Shown one piece after another: positions 53,679-64,000 of a stretch of DNA of 64,000 nucleotides (the first letter of the stretch is position 1; every line of letters begins with the position of its first letter). The position numbers and the translations under genes were made by a program. This DNA is from an uncultured candidate division Zixibacteria bacterium (GTDB lineage Bacteria; Zixibacteria; MSB-5A5; GN15; FEB-12): the NCBI GenBank assembly GCA_963664195.1, contig OY760907.1, positions 480,001 to 544,000 on the forward strand, given 5' to 3'. The notes beneath the pieces are model-generated. The model ran no database searches. It saw only the letters and a list, made by a program, of their open reading frames with translations, and was not told where the DNA came from.

Positions 53679-56651
53679 ATGAGCTTTATAACGAAGATAT
53701 TCGGCACCAAACACGACCGGGATGCCAAGAAAATGCAGCCCGCCGTGGACGAGATAAACGGCTATTTCGAGCAGTTTCAGCAACTTAGCGAAGAAGAGCT
53801 GATCGGCAAAACCGACGAGTTCCGCAAACGCCTCGCCGACGGTGAGACGGTCGATGACCTGATGGCCGAGGCCTTTGCAGTCGTCAAAGAAGCCTGCCGA
53901 CGGCAGGTCGGCCAATCCTGGCCGGTAGCGGGGATTGATACCGAGTGGAACATGGTCCATTTCGACTGCCAGCTCATGGGCGGCAAAGTGCTCCATGACG
54001 GCAAAATCGCGGAAATGGCCACTGGTGAGGGTAAAACGCTTGTAGCGACCCTACCTACCTACCTCAATGCCCTGACCGGCAAAGGGGTGCATATCGTCAC
54101 GGTCAACGACTACCTCGCCCTTCGCGACTCCGAGTGGATGGGCCAGATATATAAATACCTCGGCCTGACCGTAGGTGTCATCCAGAATCAGATGACCAAC
54201 GCAGAACGTCGAGTGCAGTACGAGTGCGATATCACGTTTGGCACCGCCAATGAGTTTGGCTTTGATTACCTTCGCGACAACATGGCGCAGAAAGCCGAAG
54301 ACCGCGTCCATCGCAACTACCATTACGCGATCATCGATGAGGTCGACTCCATCCTGATCGACGAGGCCCGTACGCCGCTGATTATCTCCGGCCATGTGGA
54401 ACACTCCGTGCATGATCGGTACCGTGAGATGCGCCCTACGGTTGAGACGGTCGTCCGCAAACAGGCTGCGTTGCTCGGCGAGATGCTCAGCAAAGTAGAA
54501 AAGTTCATGAAAGAAGGGCAGGCCGAAGACGAGTATGAGATGGGCAAGCTGCTCCTGCAAGTCAATCACGGAGCGCCCAAAAACAAGCGCCTGATGAAGA
54601 TCCTCAACGAGGAGGGCATGAAGCGCCTGATGACCGAGGTTGAGTCGGCCTACATGCGCGACAAAAAGCTGCACGAGATCGACGATGAGCTCTATTTCTT
54701 TGTCGATGAACGCGAGCACTCAATCGCCCTGACCGACCTTGGTACTGCGCAGCTTCCGAAATCAGAGCAGGATTTGTTTGAAATCCCGGATATGTCAACG
54801 ATGCTTTCCGAGTTGGAAGGTGACCAGTCGCTGTCAACAGAGGAACGGCAAAAAAAGACCGAAGAAATCTACAAAGTCCACGCCGAACGGTCCGAGAAAG
54901 TCCACGCTATCAACCAACTCTTGCGCGCCTATACGCTTTATGAAAAGGATGTGGAATACGTGCTTGAAGATGGCAAAGTGATGATTGTCGATGAGTTCAC
55001 CGGGCGTGTGCTGCCGGGGCGGCGTTACTCCGACGGTCTTCATCAGTCGATTGAGGCGAAGGAGGGCGTGACAATCGAAGCCGAGTCTCAAACGCTCGCG
55101 ACAATCACGCTCCAGAACTATTTCCGCATGTACGATAAGCTGGCCGGCATGACCGGTACGGCCGAGACCGAAGCGGGCGAATTTTTTGACATCTATGGTC
55201 TCGATGTCACCGTCATTCCGACCAACGTACCTGTGGTTCGCGACGACATGGAAGACCAGATATTCCGCACGCGTCGTGAAAAATACAACGCTATCGTGAA
55301 CGAAGTGGCCAATAAGAACGCTGAGGGGCGCCCGGTTCTGGTCGGTACTATTTCGGTCGAAGTTTCTGAGACTCTCGCTCGCATGCTCAAACGAAAGGGC
55401 ATCCCGCATAACGTCCTGAACGCCAAACAGCACCAGTCTGAGGCGGAGATTGTGGCCGGTGCGGGGCGTCCCGGAGCGGTGACAATCGCAACCAACATGG
55501 CCGGTCGTGGAACCGATATCAAGCTTGGCGAGGGGGTTCGTGAGTCCGGCGGCCTGCATATTGTCGGCACCGAGCGGCATGACTCACGCCGTATCGACCG
55601 GCAGCTGCGCGGTCGTGCCGGCCGTCAGGGCGACCCGGGATCCTCGATGTTTTTCCTTTCGGCTGAGGATGATCTCGTCCGCCTGTTTGCTGGCGACCGG
55701 TTCGCCAATATCATGGACAAGCTCGGGGTGCCGGAGGGTGAGGTAATCACGCATCCCATGGTCACCAAAGCTATCGAGCGGGCGCAGAAGAAGGTCGAGA
55801 CGCAGAACTTCGCCATTCGAAAACATACGCTGGAATATGACGACGTCATGAACGTCCAGCGCAAATGGATTTACGAGCGCCGTCTGTCAGCGCTGGAACG
55901 GGAGTCCATTAAGGACGAAGTGGTCGAGCTGATCGAAGAAGTCCTCGATGGGTTCATCGACGCTCATTGCCCCGAGAAGTCTTATCCGGAGGACTGGAAC
56001 ATGAAGGGCTTCACGCAGGACGTCGTAAAAACGTACCTGTTTGATATGAAGCTCAAAGAAGAAGAGATTCCCGCACTCACTCGTGAGAGCTTGAAAGAGC
56101 GTGTTCACAAGGCTGTGATGGCTTTTTACACGCAGAAGGAAACAGCTTACGGCGAGAACATCATGCGGCAGCTGGAGCGATACGCCGTGCTGTCGACCAT
56201 TGACCGTTACTGGCGGGATCATTTGGCCGAGATCGACGAACTCCGGGCGGGAATTTCGCTGCGCGCCTACCACGGTCAGATGGGCAAGCCGATTGACATT
56301 TACAAGAAAGAGGCGTTTGCGATTTTCCAGAAGGCGGTCGAAGAGATCGACAAAACAATCGTCAATCTCGTTTACAAACTGCAAGTGAATATCCCCGACG
56401 AGGATAGACCATCGCAGCGACAGGCGGCTATGACGGCCTCACACGCGGAGTCAACGAATTTGGGGTATGCCTCAGGTGCGCAGGCGCCGGCAGGAATGCA
56501 GGGTGCGCAGCAGAACCCGATGGCTGAAGCCTCGCAGTCCGGCAAGAAGGCACAGACGGTGCGTCGGACAATGCCGAAAGTCGGTCGCAACGATCCGTGC
56601 CCGTGCGGCAGCGGCAAGAAATACAAAAAGTGCCACGGGGCCAACGGGTAG
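53679..56651 (+). CDS. secA: Preprotein translocase subunit SecA (long form with internal insertion)
   Basis: [74 protein letters not shown]. Confidence 0.98.
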   Translation: MSFITKIFGTKHDRDAKKMQPAVDEINGYFEQFQQLSEEELIGKTDEFRKRLADGETVDDLMAEAFAVVKEACRRQVGQSWPVAGIDTEWNMVHFDCQLMGGKVLHDGKIAEMATGEGKTLVATLPTYLNALTGKGVHIVTVNDYLALRDSEWMGQIYKYLGLTVGVIQNQMTNAERRVQYECDITFGTANEFGFDYLRDNMAQKAEDRVHRNYHYAIIDEVDSILIDEARTPLIISGHVEHSVHDRYREMRPTVETVVRKQAALLGEMLSKVEKFMKEGQAEDEYEMGKLLLQVNHGAPKNKRLMKILNEEGMKRLMTEVESAYMRDKKLHEIDDELYFFVDEREHSIALTDLGTAQLPKSEQDLFEIPDMSTMLSELEGDQSLSTEERQKKTEEIYKVHAERSEKVHAINQLLRAYTLYEKDVEYVLEDGKVMIVDEFTGRVLPGRRYSDGLHQSIEAKEGVTIEAESQTLATITLQNYFRMYDKLAGMTGTAETEAGEFFDIYGLDVTVIPTNVPVVRDDMEDQIFRTRREKYNAIVNEVANKNAEGRPVLVGTISVEVSETLARMLKRKGIPHNVLNAKQHQSEAEIVAGAGRPGAVTIATNMAGRGTDIKLGEGVRESGGLHIVGTERHDSRRIDRQLRGRAGRQGDPGSSMFFLSAEDDLVRLFAGDRFANIMDKLGVPEGEVITHPMVTKAIERAQKKVETQNFAIRKHTLEYDDVMNVQRKWIYERRLSALERESIKDEVVELIEEVLDGFIDAHCPEKSYPEDWNMKGFTQDVVKTYLFDMKLKEEEIPALTRESLKERVHKAVMAFYTQKETAYGENIMRQLERYAVLSTIDRYWRDHLAEIDELRAGISLRAYHGQMGKPIDIYKKEAFAIFQKAVEEIDKTIVNLVYKLQVNIPDEDRPSQRQAAMTASHAESTNLGYASGAQAPAGMQGAQQNPMAEASQSGKKAQTVRRTMPKVGRNDPCPCGSGKKYKKCHGANG

Positions 56652-56714
56652 ACCCTATAGTTCCGAATCGCTCGACTGTTGCGGGCGCAGCACTACGACG
56701 AAAGATTAGTTGTG

Positions 56715-56742
56715 AAAGGCAGGGTTCCACCCCTGCCTTTTT
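56715..56742 (+). terminator. Intrinsic terminator after secA
   Basis: AAAGGCAGGG-TTCCAC-CCCTGCCTTTTT. Confidence 0.75.
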
Positions 56743-56813
56743 GTCCCCTACCACGATGTGCGCCGCCTGTCGGCCCGAAATGTGATATCCGCGCACCAAT
56801 TCTATCGATCCCG

Positions 56814-56842
56814 TTGACATTCTCCTCCCCATACCGTACTCT
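56814..56842 (+). promoter_or_regulatory. Putative sigma70 promoter
   Basis: TTGACA-17 bp-TACTCT. Confidence 0.55.
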
Positions 56843-56873
56843 GTATCAGACGGGGCTAACAACGGGAAGTATT

Positions 56874-57434
56874 GTGCTTACACGAATCGTTACTTTCATC
56901 GTTCTCTCGCTTCTGATCTTTTCGTCTTCACTGTCAGCTCAGGGGATCCTTCTCGAAAAGGGGCAGGAAGGAATATTGGCCGGTGTCAGTTTTGTATCCG
57001 GTCAAGAAAACAACGCCGGGGGGTTCATGCTCGGATATGCCGCCCCCTACCGGGTCGACTTCAGTGTCGAAATAGCCGGCGCCGTTGAAGGCGCTGTGGG
57101 AATCGGACTTAACCTTCAGGAATACTTTTTCGAGAAGAAGCTGGAAGGGGGGCACTCGATGTGTATTGAACTCACGCAGAGCTTCGTAACAACCGGTGAT
57201 TCTCCCTTTGTCAATTGGAGCGGTTCGCAGAGTTATGCATGTCTGGCGCTTGGCGGCCTGCTGAAGTTTCGGCCAGGGAAGACAGTCGGCTTACTCGTTG
57301 GCGCATCCGGCGGAGTGGCCGCTCCCATCGGCAGAAACGGATACACCTCAGGGTTGGGCACGATAGAAGGCGGTCTCGCTTTTTATGGAGACCACGTTGT
57401 ATTCACCGTCACGCCGGGAGCCTATCTCGGCTAG
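56874..57434 (+). CDS. Putative outer-membrane beta-barrel protein, paralog 1 (premature TAG)
   Basis: Signal peptide ending LSA|QGILLEKGQEG; amphipathic strands; homology continues past the TAG to 57524. Confidence 0.65.
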   Translation: MLTRIVTFIVLSLLIFSSSLSAQGILLEKGQEGILAGVSFVSGQENNAGGFMLGYAAPYRVDFSVEIAGAVEGAVGIGLNLQEYFFEKKLEGGHSMCIELTQSFVTTGDSPFVNWSGSQSYACLALGGLLKFRPGKTVGLLVGASGGVAAPIGRNGYTSGLGTIEGGLAFYGDHVVFTVTPGAYLG

Positions 57435-57535
57435 GAGTCGAGTTTCGGTATATCACTGAGTCTAACTTCAATCAACGACAAGGTCAAAAAGAAAAGCAAG
57501 CGCCCGACCTTGAGGATGCAATGACACAGTATTCG

Positions 57536-57564
57536 TTGACAGCAAACCCCGTTCAGGCTATTCT
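57536..57564 (+). promoter_or_regulatory. Putative sigma70 promoter
   Basis: TTGACA-17 bp-TATTCT; GGAGG RBS downstream. Confidence 0.6.
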
Positions 57565-57588
57565 ACTTCGGAGGGCTTACCCGGAGGT

Positions 57589-58266
57589 GTGATGTTGGTG
57601 CGTTTGATTCTTCTGCTACTCGCAGTCATGCTGTTAGCCTCCTCTCTCACTGCGCAATCGATTCTACTCAACGGTCAGGAACGGGGCGGGTATTTTCGCG
57701 CGTCCTCCGGCGGCGAGGATGAGTTCGATTTCAACGATTTCCGATTCGGATTCGCGCTTGGCCCACGGTTTGACTTGGGAATCGGCGTAGTCGCCTCCCA
57801 ATACAAGTTCCCGATTCCGGGACCGATCGAAGGCACTTATCAACTCGCGGAGGTTGACTGGGAGACAAGCTATCTTTTTTCCCGACAGTACCTGTACCGG
57901 TCTTCGGATTCGGCGGGCACCGGTCTGGTACTCGGTCTGTACGAGTCCGCGGGGTACCAGGGGGAGGATGTTTACCATGACGACGGGTTCGCTTTTGCGG
58001 GTGTCGGCCTGTCGACCACTCTCCGCCTGAAACCGACGGCCAAACTCATGCTCCTGCTCAACGGCGAGTATGCACACCGCACTCCGCTGGGAGAACACGG
58101 AACCACAGAAAACACGCTGGAACTAACGACAGGGGTAGCGGCGAACCTGGGTGTGGCAACGATCTCGATAGGACCGACGACACGAATCGACAGTGAACAC
58201 ACGACTCGCGGCATTATGTTCGGCATCCAGTATGTCGGCAATCGAGAACACGAAGAAACGTACTGA
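57589..58266 (+). CDS. Putative outer-membrane beta-barrel protein, paralog 2
   Basis: LTA|QSILLNGQERG; amphipathic strands. Confidence 0.7.
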   Translation: MMLVRLILLLLAVMLLASSLTAQSILLNGQERGGYFRASSGGEDEFDFNDFRFGFALGPRFDLGIGVVASQYKFPIPGPIEGTYQLAEVDWETSYLFSRQYLYRSSDSAGTGLVLGLYESAGYQGEDVYHDDGFAFAGVGLSTTLRLKPTAKLMLLLNGEYAHRTPLGEHGTTENTLELTTGVAANLGVATISIGPTTRIDSEHTTRGIMFGIQYVGNREHEETY

Positions 58267-58297
58267 CGGATACCCCTTGAGCGGAGGAGATGATCCA

Positions 58298-58993
58298 ATG
58301 AAATCGAGAACAACGTCACTCACGGTACTCTCAATCCTCTTTGGTGTCTTGCTGACAGTCGGCTCTGCCAGTGCCCAGGGCGTCCTGCTCGAGGAAGGAC
58401 AGAGTGGGTTGTTCATAAACGGAGCGTTCGCGCACGCCGAGAATGCAAACAGCGGCGGATTGCTGCTGGGGTTCTCGTCGAGGGGACGTGTCGATTTTGG
58501 TATCAGCGCCATCTCCTCCAAGGTCACGGAGACGCGGGGACGCACCTTCGATTACGAAGGGACCTACACGGTTACCAGTACTTTCTGGACTACATCATTC
58601 TTCCTCCAGGAAAACGTAGTGCGATATGTGAACCCGGGTGGAGCGAATCTGATAGTAACTCTGAATCAGTCATTGTCTCTGCTCGACGACGGAATTATCC
58701 CGTCCGGGGACTCTTATAAGTATGCGCAACTTGGCGCCTCGCTGACCTATAAGGCCGCGGCCAGATCCGGCACCCTGCTTCTTCTGTCCGGCGGATATAA
58801 TCGCATGTTCCCATTGGAGACGGGGCCCGACGGTACCGGGGCTTTTGCTTTCGATGCCGCACTGGGTTTCAAATTCAAGGGCAACATTTTGTCGGTGGGA
58901 CCGACTCTCGGCATCGGCGACGATGTAACAACGTACGGAATCGCGATAGGCATGCAGGCGATTGCCGGCTTAGAGAAGAGAGAAGCCTGGTAG
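58298..58993 (+). CDS. Putative outer-membrane beta-barrel protein, paralog 3
   Basis: GGAGGAG RBS; ASA|QGVLLEEGQSG; amphipathic strands. Confidence 0.72.
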   Translation: MKSRTTSLTVLSILFGVLLTVGSASAQGVLLEEGQSGLFINGAFAHAENANSGGLLLGFSSRGRVDFGISAISSKVTETRGRTFDYEGTYTVTSTFWTTSFFLQENVVRYVNPGGANLIVTLNQSLSLLDDGIIPSGDSYKYAQLGASLTYKAAARSGTLLLLSGGYNRMFPLETGPDGTGAFAFDAALGFKFKGNILSVGPTLGIGDDVTTYGIAIGMQAIAGLEKREAW

Positions 58994-59000
58994 ACTGGCG

Positions 59001-60122
59001 TTACCTCAGTTCGAGTGCCACCAGTTCGTAATCGGCGTAGATATCAACGATATCGATTACCTGTCCGAGAACGATGATCTCAACATCGAGCATCACCACA
59101 GACCGCTGCACCAGCCCCTCTTCTGAGATGTAATCCGTACGCTGGATGTCATTGTCAAACGTACCATCGTTGCCCGTATCATAGTGCCACTCTACCACAA
59201 AACAGCCAAACAGCCCGGCCGGAGCGCTGATAGTCTCGTAGGCGACGACTTCCTTTTCAATGCGGTACGGCAGCGAATCCCGATAGATCCAGGCTGAGTC
59301 TACCTCAATCGGGTACTGCAACCCGAGCAACGGCGGTTCCTCGACGACTACATCAGCGGGGCGTGCGATGGTTGCCTTATCAGACAGATGAACACCGCTG
59401 AGCAGGTCCTCGACGGTCTCGTAAGTGGCACCGTTGAAACGATACTGCTGCGAACTGTTTTCCGAGGCCGGCATGACGCTGCCAACGCTGTCATAGCCAA
59501 GAACGTACATACCCGTGTCGGCTTGATAGTAGTAGGTCCTGCAGGAGTCAAAAATGGCGCGATCCAAATCGGCGTACCGTTCGTGGAACACGTAGGCCGG
59601 TTGATCGGCCCAGGAGTAGTCAATTTCCTCAACGTCAATCATATAATATCCGATGCGCGGCTCCTGAACCGTGAGTTCACAACGGTACTCCCAGCGATTG
59701 CCAACCGCCACGGGATACGTGATGCCGGTACGGGTGACGAACCTCCACACGGCGGACTGTGCGGTCGGCTCACCGTTGACGTTTGCTCTCACAGCCCAGT
59801 AGTAGGCGGTACCGGGTTGCAGCGGTCCCGGATCAAAAGTAGTATCGGTGAGACCGGTGGCCACGATCGTCGGAGAAGTGGTCATGCCCAGATAGACATC
59901 GTACACAACAGTATCACCGTCTTCACCGGCGGTCTTCCACACGAGCGTCGGATGCAACGGCGCGTCGGTTTCAGGGATCAGATTGCCGACGGGAGCCGGA
60001 AGCGGGCTTGATTCTGTGGGATCGTTGGCCATGGCATTGTCGTCGTCGCAGGATGCTGTGAAGAGCGAAGCCGTCGCCATCACACAAATGATCATGTATC
60101 GAAACATCGTATTCCTGTTCAT
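59001..60122 (-). CDS. Lipoprotein with FN3-like domain and beta-rich C-terminal domain
   Basis: Lipobox TASC; YDVYLG...LQPGTAYYWAV; YPVAVGNRWEY; ETISAPAGLFGC. Confidence 0.8.
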   Translation of the reverse strand: MNRNTMFRYMIICVMATASLFTASCDDDNAMANDPTESSPLPAPVGNLIPETDAPLHPTLVWKTAGEDGDTVVYDVYLGMTTSPTIVATGLTDTTFDPGPLQPGTAYYWAVRANVNGEPTAQSAVWRFVTRTGITYPVAVGNRWEYRCELTVQEPRIGYYMIDVEEIDYSWADQPAYVFHERYADLDRAIFDSCRTYYYQADTGMYVLGYDSVGSVMPASENSSQQYRFNGATYETVEDLLSGVHLSDKATIARPADVVVEEPPLLGLQYPIEVDSAWIYRDSLPYRIEKEVVAYETISAPAGLFGCFVVEWHYDTGNDGTFDNDIQRTDYISEEGLVQRSVVMLDVEIIVLGQVIDIVDIYADYELVALELR

Positions 60123-60508
60123 GGCAGCCTCTCCGCTTTCCGTATTCTCGATCATTCTGGACATCCTTTACCATGTGCAGTCTAGTGTCGCGGCGGTCTC
60201 GCGGTCAACTATTTTTCGGGAAGGAGGATCCAGACTGAAGGTTGGTGGTCGCATTTGAAATCGTCAGACGGGGTCGTCTGACGACACATACAACTTGACA
60301 AAGGCCCTTTCATAGGTGCGGTTTCGACAATTAGATGTCAGTCCCGAAGACGGGGCTGACCTATCATGTTCGTAAGTGGTTGCGACGCCTGCGTTGCGGC
60401 ATTGGTCATGTTGATACTCATAAGCACCCCATGACAAGACATCATGGACTTATGGCTTTTGGGACAGCCCCTCCATCCCTGCCAGAAAGGCTGTGGGGCA
60501 TAAGATGC

Positions 60509-62056
60509 TCAGTCGAGGAGTTCGAAAACTCGAGGAAGGTGGTCGATGATATCACCGGCGATCATCACACGCGGCGTTAAGGCTTCGGCAGCGAAATCGC
60601 CCGCCATACCGTGGATGAACACACCACACACAGCCGCATCGAGAGCGTCCGCCCCCTGGGCCAGTAACGACCCGATGATACCTGAAAGAACATCGCCGGA
60701 ACCGCCGGTTGCCATGCCGTGATTTCCGGTCGGGTTGAGATAGCAATTGCTATCCGGTCCAGCGATCAGCGTTGGAGAGCCTTTGAGAACAAGCACCACG
60801 TTGTGCTCGGCTGCAAAACTCCGAACGTACTGCGCGAGCAGTTGAATATCAGTCGGTTGATCCTCGCCGGTCAGCCGTTTGAATTCGCCCGGGTGTGGCG
60901 TCAATACGACCGGCGCGGCACAGGTTTTGAGAATATCAGTGTGGCCGGCCAGGGCGTTCAGACCGTCCGCATCAATGATTGTCGGAACTTCGAGCTTGGA
61001 CACCAGTCGTCGGACCAATTCCATTGTTTCACGATGTCGTCCCAAACCGGGGCCGAGCACGAGTGAGTCCGCACTCTTCAGTAGCTCTCGGATTTCGCCG
61101 AGAGAGCGAAGTGCAAGTGCGCCCTTTTTGCCGACATCCGGCAGGGAGCGTGTCATGACTTCGGTGAGTATGCTGGCCAGCACCGGCTGCGTAGCCTGCG
61201 GGCAGGCGAGAGTGGCAAGTCCGCATCCGGTACGAAGCGCACTCTCACCGGCCAGTGCCGCTGCGCCGGTCAGACCTGTCGATCCTGCGACAAGCAGCAC
61301 ACGACCAAAGTCGCCCTTGTGACCGTCGGGTTTTCGTTCCGGCAACAGCTCGCTGACGTCCAACAAGGACGGCAATTCGGTGGTGATGTCAAACGATGCC
61401 ACGATATCGTCGGGAATGCCAATTGGCACAACCTCGACATCGCCGGCAAGTTCCCGCCCGGGAGACAGCATCAGGCCGTACTTGGGCAACGCCAGAGGAT
61501 ACGTGTAGTCTGCCTGGACAACAGCCCCCTCGCAAGAACCGTCGTCGGCGTTGACGCCCGACGGCAGATCGACACCGATAACAATGGCGGCCTGCAAATT
61601 GATGTACTCGATAATCTCCGAGGTAATTCCTCGCGGCGCTCCAGAAAACCCGGTACCGAAAATAGCGTCGACGATGACATCGCTGTCGAGATCGGTCGGC
61701 AGGTCCGCTATACTCTCGATACGGTTGATACCCAGTCCCATGCCGGCCGCACGATCGAAATTCAACCTGGCATCGGGTGACAGTTTTTCGAGCGGCCCGA
61801 CGAAGTAAACCGTGACATCCATACCTGCACCATGAAGATGCCTTGCAATGACGAATCCATCGCCGCCGTTGTTGCCGTTGCCGCAGAAAACGGCTACATC
61901 ACCCGGGAAATCATCGGCAAACTGATCGCTGAGAATGCGCGCTGCGATTCCTTCGCCGGCAGTTTCCATGAGTTGTTCGGAGGGTATCCCCCGCTTGTCA
62001 ATCGCCTCGCGGTCGATCTCGCGCATCACGGCCGATGTTACCAGTTTCAAGGGCAT
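60509..62056 (-). CDS. nnr: Bifunctional NAD(P)H-hydrate epimerase/dehydratase (YjeF)
   Basis: [46 protein letters not shown]. Confidence 0.95.
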   Translation of the reverse strand: MPLKLVTSAVMREIDREAIDKRGIPSEQLMETAGEGIAARILSDQFADDFPGDVAVFCGNGNNGGDGFVIARHLHGAGMDVTVYFVGPLEKLSPDARLNFDRAAGMGLGINRIESIADLPTDLDSDVIVDAIFGTGFSGAPRGITSEIIEYINLQAAIVIGVDLPSGVNADDGSCEGAVVQADYTYPLALPKYGLMLSPGRELAGDVEVVPIGIPDDIVASFDITTELPSLLDVSELLPERKPDGHKGDFGRVLLVAGSTGLTGAAALAGESALRTGCGLATLACPQATQPVLASILTEVMTRSLPDVGKKGALALRSLGEIRELLKSADSLVLGPGLGRHRETMELVRRLVSKLEVPTIIDADGLNALAGHTDILKTCAAPVVLTPHPGEFKRLTGEDQPTDIQLLAQYVRSFAAEHNVVLVLKGSPTLIAGPDSNCYLNPTGNHGMATGGSGDVLSGIIGSLLAQGADALDAAVCGVFIHGMAGDFAAEALTPRVMIAGDIIDHLPRVFELLD

Positions 62057-62066
62057 ATTACTCAGG

Positions 62067-63998
62067 TCAGTCTGTGGTCTTTTTCGTTTTCGGCTTTACC
62101 TTCGCCGTCTTTTTTGCCGCACCCGTCGCCGGTTTGTCGAGTGCGAACTTGACCGCGGCCATCACGTCGGAGAAGAACTTGAACTTCAGTTTTCGTTTGA
62201 TTTCTGGCGGAATATCGAACGTATCTTTTCTATTCTCTTCCGGCACGATCACCGTCTTCACACCGGCACGAGCCGCCGCGAGGAGTTTCTCCTTCAGACC
62301 ACCGATAGGAAGCAATTCGCCGCGCAGCGTAACTTCGCCGGTCATAGCCAGACACGGTTTCACCGGACGCTTGGTCAACACAGAGGCCAGGGCAACAGCC
62401 ATGGTGATACCGGCCGAGGGACCGTCTTTCGGAGTGGCGCCTGCCGGAACATGAATGTGAATATGCCCTTTCTCGAAAAGCTCCGGTTCCAGGTTGAAGT
62501 CGTCTGCGTTGGAACGAATAAAGGACATCGCCGCATGGGCTGACTCTTTCATGACGTCGCCAAGCTGCCCGGTGAGTGTCAGGCCGGTCTTGCCGATCAT
62601 GCGGGTAGCCTCGACAAACAAAACCTCGCCGCCCACCGACGTGTAGGCCAGCCCCGGGACAACCCCCACTCTCCCCTGCCGTGCCAGAACCTCGCGAGTA
62701 AATTTCGCAGGACCAAGCAGTTTGGTGACAGTCTCGGCATCGATGGAGGATTTCTGCTTGTTTCCGGAGGCTACCTTGCGGGCAACCTTGCGACAAACGG
62801 ATGCGATTTCACGCTCCAGATTGCGAAGACCAGCCTCGCGCGTGTAACCGTCGATCAGCGCCTTGATGCCGCTCTCGACAAAAACGAGATTGCTTTTTGT
62901 CAGACCGTGATTGTCGAGCTGCTTCGGGATCAGATGTCGTTTTGCTATCTGAACTTTTTCAATATCCGTGTAGCCGGGAATGCGGATCGTTTCCATGCGA
63001 TCACGAAGCACGTGTGGAATCGGTTCAGCCCAATTGGCGGTGGTGATGAACATGACCTTCGACAGATCGAACGGAACGTCGAGATAGTGATCGGTGAACG
63101 TATCGTTCTGCTCCGGATCGAGCACTTCAAGCAGCGCCGAGGCCGGGTCGCCGCGGAAATCCGAGCCGAGCTTATCTATTTCGTCGAGCATGATAATCGG
63201 GTTGTTGGAGCCGCACCGTTTCAGGTTCTGGATGATACGTCCGGGGATGGAGCCGATGTAGGTTCGTCGATGACCGCGAATTTCTGCCTCGTCGCGCATA
63301 CCGCCGAGAGAAACACGGGCAAACTCACGTCCCATCGCACGGGCAATCGACTTACCAAGGGAGGTCTTGCCCACACCCGGAGGGCCGACAAAACAAAGGA
63401 TCGGTCCCTTGATATCTGATTTGAGCTTGCGAACTGCCAGGTATTCGAGGATACGGTCTTTGACTTTATCGAGATCGTAATGGTCCTCGTCGAGAACCGT
63501 CTTGGCCTTTTTGAGATCAAGTTTGTCCTCGGTCGATACGCTCCACGGCAGCGCGGTAAGCCAATCGAGATAGGTTCGTGACACGGTGTACTCAGCCGAT
63601 GACGGGGCCATATGCGACAGCCGATCAAGCTCCTTGAGGGCAGCCTTTTCCGCAATCTCCGACATACCTGCGGCCTCGATTTTCTTCTGGAATTCCTCGA
63701 CATCGCCGGTGTCGTCAGACTCGCCCAGTTCTCTTTTGATCGCTTTGAGTTGTTCTCGAAGGATGAAATGGCGCTGTGACTTGCCAAGCTCGCTGGCTGC
63801 CTGTGCCTGAATCTTCTGCGAAAGCTCCAGCACCTCGATCTCCTTGCTCACAGCCTGATAGAGCGTGCGCGCGCGATTTGAAACGTCGAGTTCCTCCAGA
63901 ATAGCCTGGCGCTGCTCGGTCGACATATTCAAATTGGAGGCGACAAAATCGGTCAGTTTCGAGGGTGTCTCTTGATTGATGGCTGAGATGTGAAACTC
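62067..63998 (-). CDS. lon: ATP-dependent Lon protease (5'-truncated at window edge)
   Basis: [51 protein letters not shown]; frame open to window end. Confidence 0.97.
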   Translation of the reverse strand, partial: EFHISAINQETPSKLTDFVASNLNMSTEQRQAILEELDVSNRARTLYQAVSKEIEVLELSQKIQAQAASELGKSQRHFILREQLKAIKRELGESDDTGDVEEFQKKIEAAGMSEIAEKAALKELDRLSHMAPSSAEYTVSRTYLDWLTALPWSVSTEDKLDLKKAKTVLDEDHYDLDKVKDRILEYLAVRKLKSDIKGPILCFVGPPGVGKTSLGKSIARAMGREFARVSLGGMRDEAEIRGHRRTYIGSIPGRIIQNLKRCGSNNPIIMLDEIDKLGSDFRGDPASALLEVLDPEQNDTFTDHYLDVPFDLSKVMFITTANWAEPIPHVLRDRMETIRIPGYTDIEKVQIAKRHLIPKQLDNHGLTKSNLVFVESGIKALIDGYTREAGLRNLEREIASVCRKVARKVASGNKQKSSIDAETVTKLLGPAKFTREVLARQGRVGVVPGLAYTSVGGEVLFVEATRMIGKTGLTLTGQLGDVMKESAHAAMSFIRSNADDFNLEPELFEKGHIHIHVPAGATPKDGPSAGITMAVALASVLTKRPVKPCLAMTGEVTLRGELLPIGGLKEKLLAAARAGVKTVIVPEENRKDTFDIPPEIKRKLKFKFFSDVMAAVKFALDKPATGAAKKTAKVKPKTKKTTD

Positions 63999-64000
63999 TT

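Overview
Bacterial chromosomal segment, most likely from an FCB-group lineage such as candidate phylum Zixibacteria. This is inferred from the FlgD-Ig/T9SS-type C-terminal sorting domain protein, the long SecA and the DUF1573/ECF/TPR content; it is not proven. Three parts. (1) 1-12.2 kb: a dissimilatory sulfur-metabolism locus with aprB (partial) and aprA, a Zn-finger/YkgJ pair, a Cys-rich MerR regulator, dsrM-dsrK-like genes without dsrJOP, response regulators and a PAS/GAF histidine kinase. (2) About 12.3-36.6 kb: an integrase-less island at the 3' end of a tRNA-Ser(CGA). It is bounded by a duplicated tRNA 3' end embedded in a 321/437-bp direct repeat carrying 2 vs 4 copies of a 58-bp unit, and has a third att remnant at about 35.2 kb. 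Its cargo is a large secreted beta-helix/beta-propeller protein, a ~2,500-aa RHS protein with an Ntox44-like toxin tip and a coupled immunity candidate, a ten-gene Bacteroidota-style type II secretion/pilus cluster, a degenerate mini-pilin and an orphan immunity-like gene. The RHS signal peptide is out of frame with the RHS body. The T2SS-like cluster beside a signal-peptide-type RHS toxin on one island is the best candidate for an undescribed system. (3) 36.8-64 kb: mostly housekeeping genes (tadA, GNAT, ECF sigma/anti-sigma, pyrF-pyrD-pyrK, TPR lipoprotein, cobB, GH57, mlaD, rsgA, secA, three paralogous outer-membrane proteins, nnr, partial lon) with scattered GTAG-type REP hairpins. All calls are by eye; no searches were run.
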